Shown piece after piece: positions 29,783 to 41,777 of a DNA stretch of 64,000 nucleotides. Made by a program: the position numbers and the translations under genes. Location of the stretch: positions 217,992,001 to 218,056,000 of the forward strand of contig OZ024743.1 in NCBI GenBank assembly GCA_964016885.1, given 5' to 3'. This stretch comes from Eledone cirrhosa (taxonomy: Eukaryota). Each line of letters opens with the position of its first letter. Within the stretch, counting starts at the first letter, position 1. The notes beneath the pieces were generated by a model. The model was not told the DNA's origin. It saw nothing but the letters and a program-made list of their open reading frames with translations, and did not search any database.

Positions 29783-29853
29783 AAGAAAGAGTAAAGACCT
29801 TTTTTCACGTATGATCATGGGATTTGTACGTAGAAAGTTCCACTCCGAGGCAC

Positions 29854-30277
29854 GACCACCTTCCTGTTCCGCGGTGGCAAACCCCTCGTCTGGGATGCCA
29901 CTTGCACCGACACTTTCTCCAGCCGCAACCTGGTGCAGTCTGCGACTAACCCAGGTTCTGCTGCACGTCGGGCTGAGGCGGCCAAACTCTCCAAGTACCA
30001 GTCGCTCTCCGACAGGTTCGTGGTCGTGCCCTTGGTAGTGGCGACTTCTGGTGTCCTTGGCCCTAGGGCTACCCCCCCTACTCACCACCATAGGTGATGA
30101 ACTGGCCAGCCGCAGGTGTGAGCCTCGCGATTTGGAATGGCTCTTCCAGCGCATTTCCCTTATCATCATCTGGGGAAACGCCTTCTCCATTCTGTCCGCC
30201 GGGGCTCTGGGGAGGCCAGCACGTGGGACCCCATTTGCTCACGATACGGAGAGATGTTGTTGTTGTTTTTGTTGTTA
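29854..30277 (+). mobile_element. 5'-truncated CRE-clade-like non-LTR retrotransposon (C-terminal restriction-like endonuclease)
   Basis: Manual translation: FRGGKPLVWDATCTDTFS...AARRAEAAKLSKYQSLSDRFVVVPLVVATSGVLGPRATP, a frameshift in a C7 run, then LLTTIGDELA...WLFQRISLIIIWGNAFSIL. Ends in a (GTT)n-like tail. Confidence 0.75.
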
Positions 30278-30374
30278 CAGCTCACACCTATGCAGTTTTA
30301 GCTGGCCTCCTCCAAGGTATATCTCGTTGTAGGTGTCTTGGGTGATCTAATGATAGGGACCCCAGTCCTATCAT

Positions 30375-30520
30375 CTCATTTCTACAGCTGAGTAAACTGG
30401 AGCAACGTGAAATAAAGTGTCTTGCTCAAGGAAACAAACCATCACCCGGTCCAAGTATTGAACTCACAACCTTTCGATTGCAAGCCCAATGCTCTAACAA
30501 CTAAGCTATGTGCCTTCACA
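30375..30520 (-). mobile_element. CORE-type SINE family B, head plus core
   Basis: ctacagctgagtaaactggagcaacgtgaaataaagtgtcttgctcaagg ... attgaactcacaacc. Confidence 0.85.
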
Positions 30521-30757
30521 ATAAGGAGAGATGGGGACGGCGAGAGAGATGGAGGCATTGGCAGTTGGGCTCTACCACGTTTGAACCATATCCTTGTGGT
30601 TGTGTTCATCAAGCCCTAGTGCAGTAATGGAAGTAGACATAAATATTATGATCTACATTTACTCTGTCTGATTTCCTCTACTTGACGCCAAATACCCTAT
30701 GAAACACTATCCATAAGATAACATCAATATATCCAAGCCATATACAACTACTAATTA

Positions 30758-31022
30758 AGTCAGCAAAGTTGTTTGTGGAATACGAGCAATCACCCGTGCA
30801 TACCAGTCTCCCCTCTCCACGCGGCTGATGTTGTCCAAGCGAAAGGCAATGGCAGATACAGCTTGGCATCAGTGACGTGACAACTGATTTGTACAGCTGA
30901 GTAAACTGGAGCAACGTGAAATACAGTGCCTTGCTCAAGAACACAATACACAGAATCGAAATCACAACCTTGAACTCACAACCTCAGGAATGTAAGCCTC
31001 ACACTCAAACTACTAAGCCATA
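30758..31022 (-). mobile_element. CORE-type SINE family B
   Basis: Same core as the 30375 copy, plus a longer body. Confidence 0.85.
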
Positions 31023-31033
31023 CATGTATATAA

Positions 31034-31064
<31 letters not shown>

Positions 31065-33034
31065 GGGCCTGTCTAAAACTGGGTGCATATGGATAGTGTT
31101 AGTGTCGGCTTTTAAATGAATCGGCAGTTGAACCTGCATATATGGAATTGATATTGAGTTAGGTTGACTGGGAAGCGAGAAAGTAATCTCTCAAAAATTC
31201 CTTCAAGTCAGACTGTTGGTGTAGATAGTGTAAGATAGATTTTGGTTGGTAAAACGATGAAAATAATACTTATTCAATAATAAATACTTCAGTCTACGAT
31301 ATTATCCTCTGTTTAGACTGCATATATTCCAATGAAAAAAGACAAAATTTATCTACTTTGTTAGTATCATTGCAATGAACTGGCAGAAACAGTAATGTAC
31401 TGCATAAAAATATGGTGCGTTCTGCATACATTAGGGACTGTTTGCGCGATGTTTGTCAAATTTTCGATAGACTACCGTACACATCTACAACCGAATAATG
31501 AGCCACGTGGGCTTCAATGTGGTCGTTTGAACTGTATGACATCACTCCACAAATCATACGCAAACTTAAAGGATATACGTAATAATCTAGAGTTAGATAA
31601 ATCTAAAAATGAGATGGTTACTACTGAAAATCCTTTGAACGTTAACCTACGCAGTCAGGTTTGATCTAGGATCAAACAGCAAAATATTCGTTGAGTAACA
31701 CTATGCAAAATTTATTTTTCATTATTTTTGTTGTTTCTGCTGGGTTTTAGTTGTTGTTGCTATTATGTTTGATGTTGGTGGTGGTGTTGTTACTATTGTT
31801 TTGTTATTGTTCTTATTGATATTTCTGTTGAGTTACCTTTCGGTTCAACCAGCTGGTTGTCGGAAAGATTTCAGATTCTTTTTATTTAATGAGTTATTTT
31901 TGTTGTACAATTCTTCTGATGAATAACGACAGGAGCTGTGGTCAACACAGCACTGAAATTGCTGATACACGTATATTATATACAATGTTTAAATCTTCTA
32001 CTGACATTTCATGATATGTGTGTAATAGTTAAGATGTTAAGGTATAGAAATAAAACAAAACTTTTGGAATGACTTCAGATCTACTACTGACAGTTTGTTT
32101 TCTTCGCATAAAAGTTAATAGTAGTAGACAAATCAATATGTTTTCTTTCTTTTTATCGGATCAGAATCTCTCATTTGTCTCAGTAGGCATTGTCATTTCA
32201 GATACTGGTCAGCATTATGACTTTGTGTAAGAGTTGGAATTTCAAGAATCTACTATAGCACATATTAATCCTGTCTGTGTCATTGATTTCTGTATATCCA
32301 GTGATAACAAAGTATAAATAGCACAAAATAGCACACTTTATATCATCACTTTATATCATCACAATCTACAAAACGAAACACAAAATAAAAATGTAAGACC
32401 TCTTGAGTAGGCGAATGAACACAGTTTATTACTGAGGTAAACTCAGAGGCTCACGTTTTGAGACACTATATGAAATTCTATAACAACACTAAACACTACA
32501 AAAGACGCATCTTAAGTATATTATCTCTCCAAATCTGTCTATATAAAATTATTACACCCTAATAGAAATATATTACATAAAAAAATAGAGTCATTGGAAA
32601 CAAACAATATGTTGGGGAGCACAGAATCAAAGCTAAGTGTAAGGAATTAGCAAATGTCTCGTTTTGATCGAGTTCATCAGAATCTGAGCCAGTGATGTAG
32701 CCTTTACTTGAAATCTCGAGCTGCTAGAAACATCAGACAAATATCCCTGGAAGCACACTTTGTTCTCTTAAATATAAAACAGAGACATCCAATAATGTAG
32801 TCCTGGATGTACTATATCTGGTAACGATATGGGATGGTCTCGACTGGAACACCTTTGTATGGAGCGAGTCCCACTCTCTGAACATCGAATGCATTTACAA
32901 CAAAAGTAAATCATTAGGTGCAAACGATGTTGCAGGTTTTATATCAGAGATGTTGCAGCAAAGGAAAAGAGAGTATTTCCATGTCCCCGCATATACATAC
33001 ATACATCGATACATACGCACATACATACATCCTC

Positions 33035-33065
<31 letters not shown>

Positions 33066-34913
33066 CATACATAGACACATACATACATTCACACACACAT
33101 GCATACGTACATACAGTCATGCAAAAATGACCGGGAGGCGAGGAAGGTTCTACATCAACATACATGCTATAGGTTTGCTCGATCCCAGCTGACGTATGGC
33201 CACATACCAACAGCAATGATTTATAATGACCAGTGTATGCACAACTGAATTGACATATTTCATATAAAGGAATATTCCTCGTATGTCAAGAGTTAAAACT
33301 TAACATTTGTTGAGGAACAAGGCAGATATCTTTTATGCTTTAGGTTCAACTTTTGTTTCATGCAGAACATTTAATGTTAATAGTTTTCTTTTCTTTCTGG
33401 CGGAAATAGACAGCACTATGATTTCTTTTTTTTTTTTAAGATCTTTTTTGAAATACATTGGAGCCTTATCTATGCTTCACGAGTTTAAAACTACTAATAG
33501 CTTTGTTACCCGAAACAGTAAACAGTCAGGAGGGTCTATAGGAGGGGGTCCATATAGCTTTGTCTCTGGACAAGTTACTTTACTTTAAGTAATTGTTCTC
33601 CAAATCCTCTGCCGAAACTTACCTCTAACAAAGTTGCCTCTTAGTGACCCCCTCCTATGTGCAACGACTAAAATTTAGGTGTTTCACATTATGGTTAACT
33701 AACTGCTTATGTTGCTGTTTCGGGTGATAATACATCAACGTTCTATTCATCTGTCCATTCGATTCCCTTGAAACATCTATTCAGGGTTACAATCTCATGA
33801 CCCAGAAATGAAATATCAATACTTTATTCCATAGATATAATGAGAGTATATTAAAAAATTTATAGTATCATATACATCAATAACAGAATGTGGTTAAAGG
33901 ATTTTTATCATGAACAGAATGTTTACCTGGCCGTTTAAATAGGAAGATGCGCGATTAACTGACCAACCAGGAAACGCCAAACGACAAATCGTTTTATTAG
34001 AATATTGATTTCTAGTATAGACTCGAGGTCACACATTTGTAAAAGGAAGCAGATCGATATTTGTAATGTTCATATTTCATATTTTAATCAGGTTTGTGCA
34101 TTTCTCGGAGAACGGAGAGTGAATTGGCGTTAAGCAGGAATGAAAAGCAGGTTGTACACCTCATTCAAAGTTCATCTCATACTATACCTTTCTCTATTTA
34201 TAGAATAAAATTGCATTTGAAATGTTATTATTTGGAGGATATGAAACCACAGAAATGACATATGAATCAATAATGTATCATTTCATTTCAATTTTATACG
34301 ATATTGTTGACCAATGATGAACGCTGCAACAGGTAGCCTCTACATGGACGCTCGATTTCCTAGCAATAATAGTCAAATTCCTCTAAAGCAACAACATCAC
34401 CTGAATAAAAGTAAACAAAAAGGGTAATGTAATTATAGATATATATTTTATGAAAACTAGACGATATGTCGCATTATTAAAAGGTTTACTTTCTCTAGAT
34501 TAAACCAACATAAAAATGTATTTTGTTCCTATTGTCTCAGCCATTTCAAATCTTTCTCATATAATTGCGAGCACGACTTTCAGAAAACTTAAACATAAAT
34601 TACTAGCGTTTCTGTTGTTATAGGTTGTTTATAGTTGCGGTCAGTACTGGCCAATTAGACCAATTATCAAAGCCTTCTATAAACGGCCATCTCCTATAAT
34701 ATTCATATAATCGATCGATTACGACGATGAGAAAGCAGATGTCCAAATAAATGAGTGTCCAACCTGTCAGACAGGTTTATACGTACCTGAGTATTCCACA
34801 GGCAAGTTTATTCAATTTCACAGGCTTCAGTGGCCCACAAGGCTATAAACAAGTTAGTTTCCTCGCAATCACATAGAGGCCATCACACTAACTCATCACC
34901 AGTTTACAATATC

Positions 34914-35115
34914 TACGGGTGTTGGCAGAAAGGTTCATAAGGTGACCAAGATACTCCCATGTAATGACTAAATGAGGTTTATTTTTCAACTTATGCTCTA
35001 GAAAGAAATAATACATATATTAATAAGAAGAGTTGAAATTAATGCATGCAAGATTTCCAAACGCTAGCATAAATCCTTCATAATCAGCCTATGAAATTTT
35101 TAGCTGACCCTCGTA
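34914..35115 (-). mobile_element. Mariner/Tc1-type MITE, copy 2
   Basis: TA-flanked TIRs tacgggtgttggcagaaaggttcata ... tatgaaatttttagctgaccctcgta; the interior is the reverse complement of copies 1 and 3. Confidence 0.78.
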
Positions 35116-35949
35116 CAATGCCGTTTGCGAGACACTATTGGATGAAGCCACAACATCCATTTTGATTTTAGGTCTACGTGTGGATAGTATGCAGGCCAAG
35201 TGTGGATTGTACGGTGTTCTCTCGATTAGAGCTGGCCATCGAGACACCTAACCCGAATTTGAACTCAGAAACCAATCAGCTGGAAGAAATACAGCATATG
35301 ATCTCGTCTGATGCTCTCAAAATTATACCCATCCACCGTCCATGACTGGTATTTTGTTCATCGACTTCGAAGGAATAAAAAGCAATGTTGACCTCGATGA
35401 GATTTGAACATACAGCGCAGAGATCCAGAATAAATACCGCATTTAATTTGAGCCAACCAAATCACCACAATATCAGGTATAAAAAAGAATAAAAAGATAA
35501 AATAATGATTCTTTTTGATTTCTTTGATTTTATATCCTCCAAAGTTGTTCAATTACCTCTCTATTTATAATGTAAATATGCAAGATTGGTAGATAACTTT
35601 CATCGACCCACGTTTATGCGTATCAAATTAGCTCTATAAATATATCTCCTCTAAAAATTGAACAAAAAACAACAACAACAGAAGAAACAAAGGATATCTT
35701 TATATTCCATTATTCAGTATTATCAGTATGTTAAGTCCACAGAGCATTGTTCGGACGCCAAGTAACCGGAGTGATCGTTAGGAAACCTGATTATAACAAA
35801 GGCCTTGTTATCGTCATTTGCATACTATTTCTGAATAATATAGTCATATTTTTCAAGTTTGTCTAATTTTCTAAAGTGCTTTGTTAAATAAAAGAAATTG
35901 GAAGAGTGGAATTAAACGATATTTATACACACTCACAAAGAGACACTAA

Positions 35950-35999
35950 CACACACACACACACACACACACACAAAACATCCACACTATATATACATG

Positions 36000-36096
<97 letters not shown>

Positions 36097-36153
36097 TGAG
36101 AAAGGGATATGCATATGTATATATATATATATTTATATATATATATGTATGTA

Positions 36154-36212
<59 letters not shown>

Positions 36213-36228
36213 TGAGAAAGAGATATGC

Positions 36229-36266
<38 letters not shown>

Positions 36267-36295
36267 ATATATGTATATATATTTATATATACATA

Positions 36296-36346
<51 letters not shown>

Positions 36347-36347
36347 G

Positions 36348-36394
<47 letters not shown>

Positions 36395-36816
36395 GTATAT
36401 ATATATATGTATATATATATATGTATATATATATATATGTATATATATGTATATATATATACATATATATGTATATATATATAGAGAGAGAGAGAGAGGG
36501 GGGGAGAATTGGTAAAAATGGATGGCTACAATGTGACAAAAACATAATGACAAAATAGAGACGAACAATGGTATTGAGGAATAAGGGTTGGGGATTATGA
36601 AAATAGATAAAGAAAAAGAAGGAGAGAAGGAAAAAAAGCAGAAAAGAAAGAAAAAAACTGAAAATAAAAGAAATGCAAGAGTCCTAAAGTTAAAAGTTAA
36701 ATGGAAGAAAGAAAAAGTATGAATTCGAACAAAAGAATTTCAAGTAGACGCAAACGTAAATTGTAAGAAAATATTAAAAAGATACAATTAATGAAGGAAT
36801 GAATAAATAACAGAAA

Positions 36817-36871
<55 letters not shown>

Positions 36872-36905
36872 ATGCATATATATGTATATATATGTATGTA
36901 TATGC

Positions 36906-36939
<34 letters not shown>

Positions 36940-36978
36940 GCATATATATATACATATATATATATGTATGTGTGTGTG

Positions 36979-37009
<31 letters not shown>

Positions 37010-37016
37010 GTGTATG

Positions 37017-37049
<33 letters not shown>

Positions 37050-37096
37050 ATATATGTATATATATATATGTATGTATATATATATATGTATATATA

Positions 37097-37161
<65 letters not shown>

Positions 37162-37180
37162 GTATATATATATATGTATG

Positions 37181-37231
<51 letters not shown>

Positions 37232-37275
37232 GTGTGTGTGTGTGTATATACATATATATATATATACATATATAT
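35950..37275. repeat. Compound (CA)/(TA)/(GA) microsatellite blocks (35950-36500 and 36818-37275)
   Basis: Direct reading. Confidence 0.95.
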
Positions 37276-37823
37276 AGTAATAATAATAAATTTGAAGACT
37301 AAAATCCAATGAGGGCTCGATAAGGATAAATATATATCAAATATATAAGAACCGTAGAGCAAATATTTATTAAAATAACAGATTAAAGTTTAAGCAAAGA
37401 ATCGCTGCTTTCACCCTTAACGGGATCTTCTGAAACTAACAAAGTCAATCTGTGAACGCAGAAGTGGATATTTCAAAAACCGTTGCAACCGGAGGAAGAC
37501 AGGAAGCCAGAGAACGTCTCTATGAACTACCTAAGAGAACATTAGACTACGACCTCTTTTATACCATAAACGTGGTTCTGTCTTTGCGCGCAATTGTTTT
37601 TCACCGCTCCTATTAATGACGTATTATATTCGTTTTTTCCCGTTCTTTGCCAGGAAACGTTTCCACGAACCAAAGTATCGTCTTCCTGTCTTCCTCCGGT
37701 TGCAACGGTTTTTGAAATATCCACTTCTGTGTTTACAGATTGATTTTGTAAGTTTCAGAAGATCCCGTTAAGGGTGAAACCATTGATTCTTTGCTTAATC
37801 TTTATTCTGTTATTTTAATAAAT
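37276..37823. mobile_element. Putative PLE pseudo-LTR remnant with a ~145-bp inverted repeat
   Basis: 37362-37506 is the reverse complement of 37682-37823; 37276-37438 recurs at 55239-55400. Flanked by (TA)n. Confidence 0.55.
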
Positions 37824-37942
37824 ATACATATATATATATATATCATATATTTATACATATATATATATATTATATATATATATTCATATACATATATATA
37901 CATATATATATTCATACACATATATATATATATATGTATAGG

Positions 37943-37973
<31 letters not shown>

Positions 37974-38088
37974 ATATGTATATATATATGTGTATGAATA
38001 TATATACATGTATGTATACATATATATATGTATATACATGTATATATATACATATATACGTTATATACATATATATATGTATACATAT

Positions 38089-38126
<38 letters not shown>

Positions 38127-38134
38127 AGCGACAG

Positions 38135-38189
<55 letters not shown>

Positions 38190-39433
38190 TCTGTGTGTAT
38201 ATGTGTGAAATACACAGAAGACGGAGAGCAGCAATAAAAGAATTAGAGACAGAAAAATTGAAGAGTTATTAAAAAAAAACAGGTTATGGGAATGTTTTTA
38301 AAGAAAGTAAGATGAAGCTTTAGAGTCGCTGGTCATGTTATATTTTCGTTTTAACTCATCAATATTGACAATCCATTTAAGAAAGTCAATATATATTCCT
38401 ATAACTACGAATTGAATTCCGACACCATGTTAAGATATATATCCTATCCACTCAGACCAAATGCAGGATGCCTATAGGCACAAAACGAGGAGTTGTATCA
38501 ATAACAATGCAGACTTTTATCTGTATCGCATTTTCTGTGTAAAAGCCTGTCAACGGTTCGATAGTCTTCGTTAGACTACCGATGCTGGGGAGGTATAATA
38601 GACAGAAAGATGTCTCCAATGTTTCCTATTGCCTCCAAAGAAAGATCAGACAATCCTTCTCATAAGCATGTAAATTAACTTCAGAAGATAAAATGCTATT
38701 TTATTATTTTATCATCCCCCTTTTCGTAAGAATCACTAACAATTCCCAATAGACTTTTGTTTGCTTTCTGCTACTAAGAAAGAAATTTTAATTAATATAG
38801 ATTTTTTTTTTCAATATTTACGATTCTGATACAAATATTATTTACGATTCTGATACAAATATTTTTTTACTAGTCAGAAGTTTCTCTTCTCCTGTACAAC
38901 CTTGGACATATTTTTAATAACACTATATAAATGAGGGTCGCTTTACATTTTATTAAAGATGATATATATATAATTGAAAGGAATTCGCTTCAACTGGTAA
39001 ATGGACATGGTCACATGAAGACATATCTGCAACTCAATACAGCTGGCTAGTAATGTTTTATTTTAATTGCCAAAATAACTCCATGTAGTGCAGCAGTTCC
39101 ACCACATGTGGATCGGAGTTATAATTCTGAAAGACTCACGAAGTCAAAATCTTTTGCTTATTAACTCATTGATGAAATATAAAATATTAATTCGTACGCT
39201 ATACAATAATATATATGAGCCTTTATAAAAGCCGTTGTGTTGTAAGGAATTCTCAAGGGGATCTGAATAGCAGAATGTCGTCAGAGAAGAACTCCATCAC
39301 CATCCACAAGCAAGTGTTTCGGCCCTTCACTTCTTATTTCAAACAAATATTGTTGAATATTTCCCGAAGAAAGGTAGAAAGTATGAGACACGCTTCGTTG
39401 TATTGTTTTGTTTTGTTTTTATCTTAGAGAAAG

Positions 39434-39650
39434 GGCGGGGGTTGGTAGTACGGATAAGGTGTCGGAGAACATGATTTGCAGATATAGTTACTTCCTTTTA
39501 CGTTCTGAGTACAAATCCCGCCGAGGTTAGATTTGCCTTTCATCTTTACGAGGTCGATAAAATGAAATACCAGCAATGCACTGGGGTCAGTATAATCGAC
39601 TTTTCTCCAAACAAACATTGTTGGCTTTGTGCCTAAATTAGAAACCATAT
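39434..39650 (+). mobile_element. SINE family A
   Basis: Head, B-box-like gtacaaatccc, core and tail tgtgcctaaattagaaacc. Confidence 0.85.
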
Positions 39651-39682
39651 TAGAAAAAAGGTCGCAGGCGTATATATATATA

Positions 39683-39767
<85 letters not shown>

Positions 39768-39869
39768 TAAAGTTTGGAAATGCTAATATATGCCATGATA
39801 TAATATACGCTCAATCTAGAGCAACATTTTTGCGACTTTCTCGTTTATGACATGTTGTATCTATGTATG

Positions 39870-40187
39870 CTCTCGTAACACCCGATAGAGTGGTAGGATC
39901 GCCATATTGACATACTGCGTTTCTTGGGCATTTTAAACCTGGCGGAGACTATCCTTCCCCAGGCCGGAGTACAGCAGATTTCTTCCAGGGAAAGATAGAA
40001 TGTGAGAGAGAGAGGAAATGAGAGAGAGATATAGAGGGAGTATCGATCCCAGTATTAGACTGGCACATTTTTTAACGACTTCGGGAGGATGAAAGGCAAA
40101 GTTGACCTCGGTGGGATTTAAACATAGAAAGCAGAGAATACCATAAACACTCTACCCAACGTTTTAACGACTCTGCCAATTCACCCA
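39870..40187 (-). mobile_element. SINE subfamily A2
   Basis: Antisense core ggatgaaaggcaaagttgacctcgg plus the A2 tail (gggcattttaaacctggcggag). Confidence 0.7.
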
Positions 40188-40918
40188 TTATGACATGCTA
40201 GAGAATCGAAATTGTGAACAACGAACAAACGAAAGCTAGAGTCACTACTAAAATCTATATCAGAATATATTACAATGAAGAAATGTCCGCATGAATAAAA
40301 TATAAGATAGTCTCGGATAAAGTGTTGGCAGTATGTATTTTTCTTTCCTTAAGGCGAGACACTTAACAACACTTGCCTAAGGTTTCATACTTCATTAAGA
40401 AATTATTGTTTCGTTTTGTATCTATATTATTGCATTTTCTGTTATTTTGGATTTTACTGTGCTTGTTGTTGTTGTTTTTGTTGTTATTGAAAATGAAGGT
40501 AATGAAGTTGCGGTTGATGTTGATGTTATTGTTCTGTTCACCACAGCAGCCGCTGCAGTAAGAATAGTTATGGCTGCCAAAATAATGCGGCTTAGAAGCC
40601 AACATCTATTTTCATACAACCCAAGTTTTTATTCTGATTTCTGCCAAGTAATTTACATTAATTATGACTTCAGTCTATCTACATAGTATTAGCTATGTAT
40701 CTAACTTTCCCTGAACATATCTATATATCTATCAATATATGGTATCATCTATGTATCTATATGTGCATCTGCCTTTTTCTCAACATATATATATATGCAT
40801 CTGCCTTTCTCTCAACATATCTATAAGGCTATAAGTGGGTGCAGCTGAGTTTTGCTTGTGTTTATGTGTCTCTGTGTGTGTGTGCGTGCGTATGTGTGTG
40901 TGTGTGTATGTGTGCATA

Positions 40919-40952
<34 letters not shown>

Positions 40953-41321
40953 TGTATGTGTGTGTATCTATATGTTTGTGTGCAGGAGAGATGGTAGAGG
41001 TTTATGCATGCTTGTGATAGATATTTTGTGTAAGGTAACTAAAAATGATTCTGCTTGTGTATTTTTATCCGTGTATTTGTTAGTTTATCTATGTTTCTAA
41101 AAGTTAGTTTCTGTATAAAATATATACATTGTTCAAGCGTGTTATTTTTATTCGTATTAATTTTAATTCTTGTGAATGCAAAGTCGAATGCGAACATATA
41201 GACACATAGGCCGCTGTAATGTCTGCAACTTTGGCACATAGTAACACACATACACTCACAAGTACGCACACTCTTACACGCAAACACACACACGCACACA
41301 CACGCACACACACACACGCAT

Positions 41322-41405
<84 letters not shown>

Positions 41406-41431
41406 TAATTTTATTGTGGCTAAATACTGAG

Positions 41432-41481
41432 TCTTGTTACTCTGGAGTTTCGCCTGTTTATCATTTGATCATCAGACAAGA
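41432..41481 (-). ncRNA. Type I hammerhead ribozyme motif (stem II decayed)
   Basis: Minus strand: TCTTGT-CTGATGA-(17 nt)-GAAAC-TCCAGA-GTA-ACAAGA, with a 6-bp stem I. Confidence 0.65.
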
Positions 41482-41485
41482 TATT

Positions 41486-41527
41486 TTTGTCTGACGACCC
41501 TGTGATAAACAGGCGAAACTCCAGAGT

Positions 41528-41528
<1 letters not shown>
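41486..41528 (+). ncRNA. Type I hammerhead ribozyme motif, truncated at the cleavage triplet
   Basis: tttgt-CTGACGA-c-CCTGT-gataa-ACAGG-c-GAAAC-TCCAGA-GTA, then (CA)n. Confidence 0.6.
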
Positions 41529-41585
<57 letters not shown>

Positions 41586-41777
41586 ATACCGATATATACA
41601 TTTATATATACATATATACATACATGCATTGTCACACATCTCCAAAAATATATATTTTCACACATGTATATACACAAAAGTACATTTTGACATCAACAGT
41701 TTTAGTATTAAATATGAAAGCACAACTCCTAAAATAAAAACACTCATCCTGATACGCACATATACATATATATATAT

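Noticed and set aside
29567-30190. 207-aa minus-strand ORF
   Set aside because: Antisense shadow of the CRE-like fragment running into microsatellite.
39215-39427. 70-aa ORF / possible exon
   Set aside because: No homology recognised and weak splice signals.
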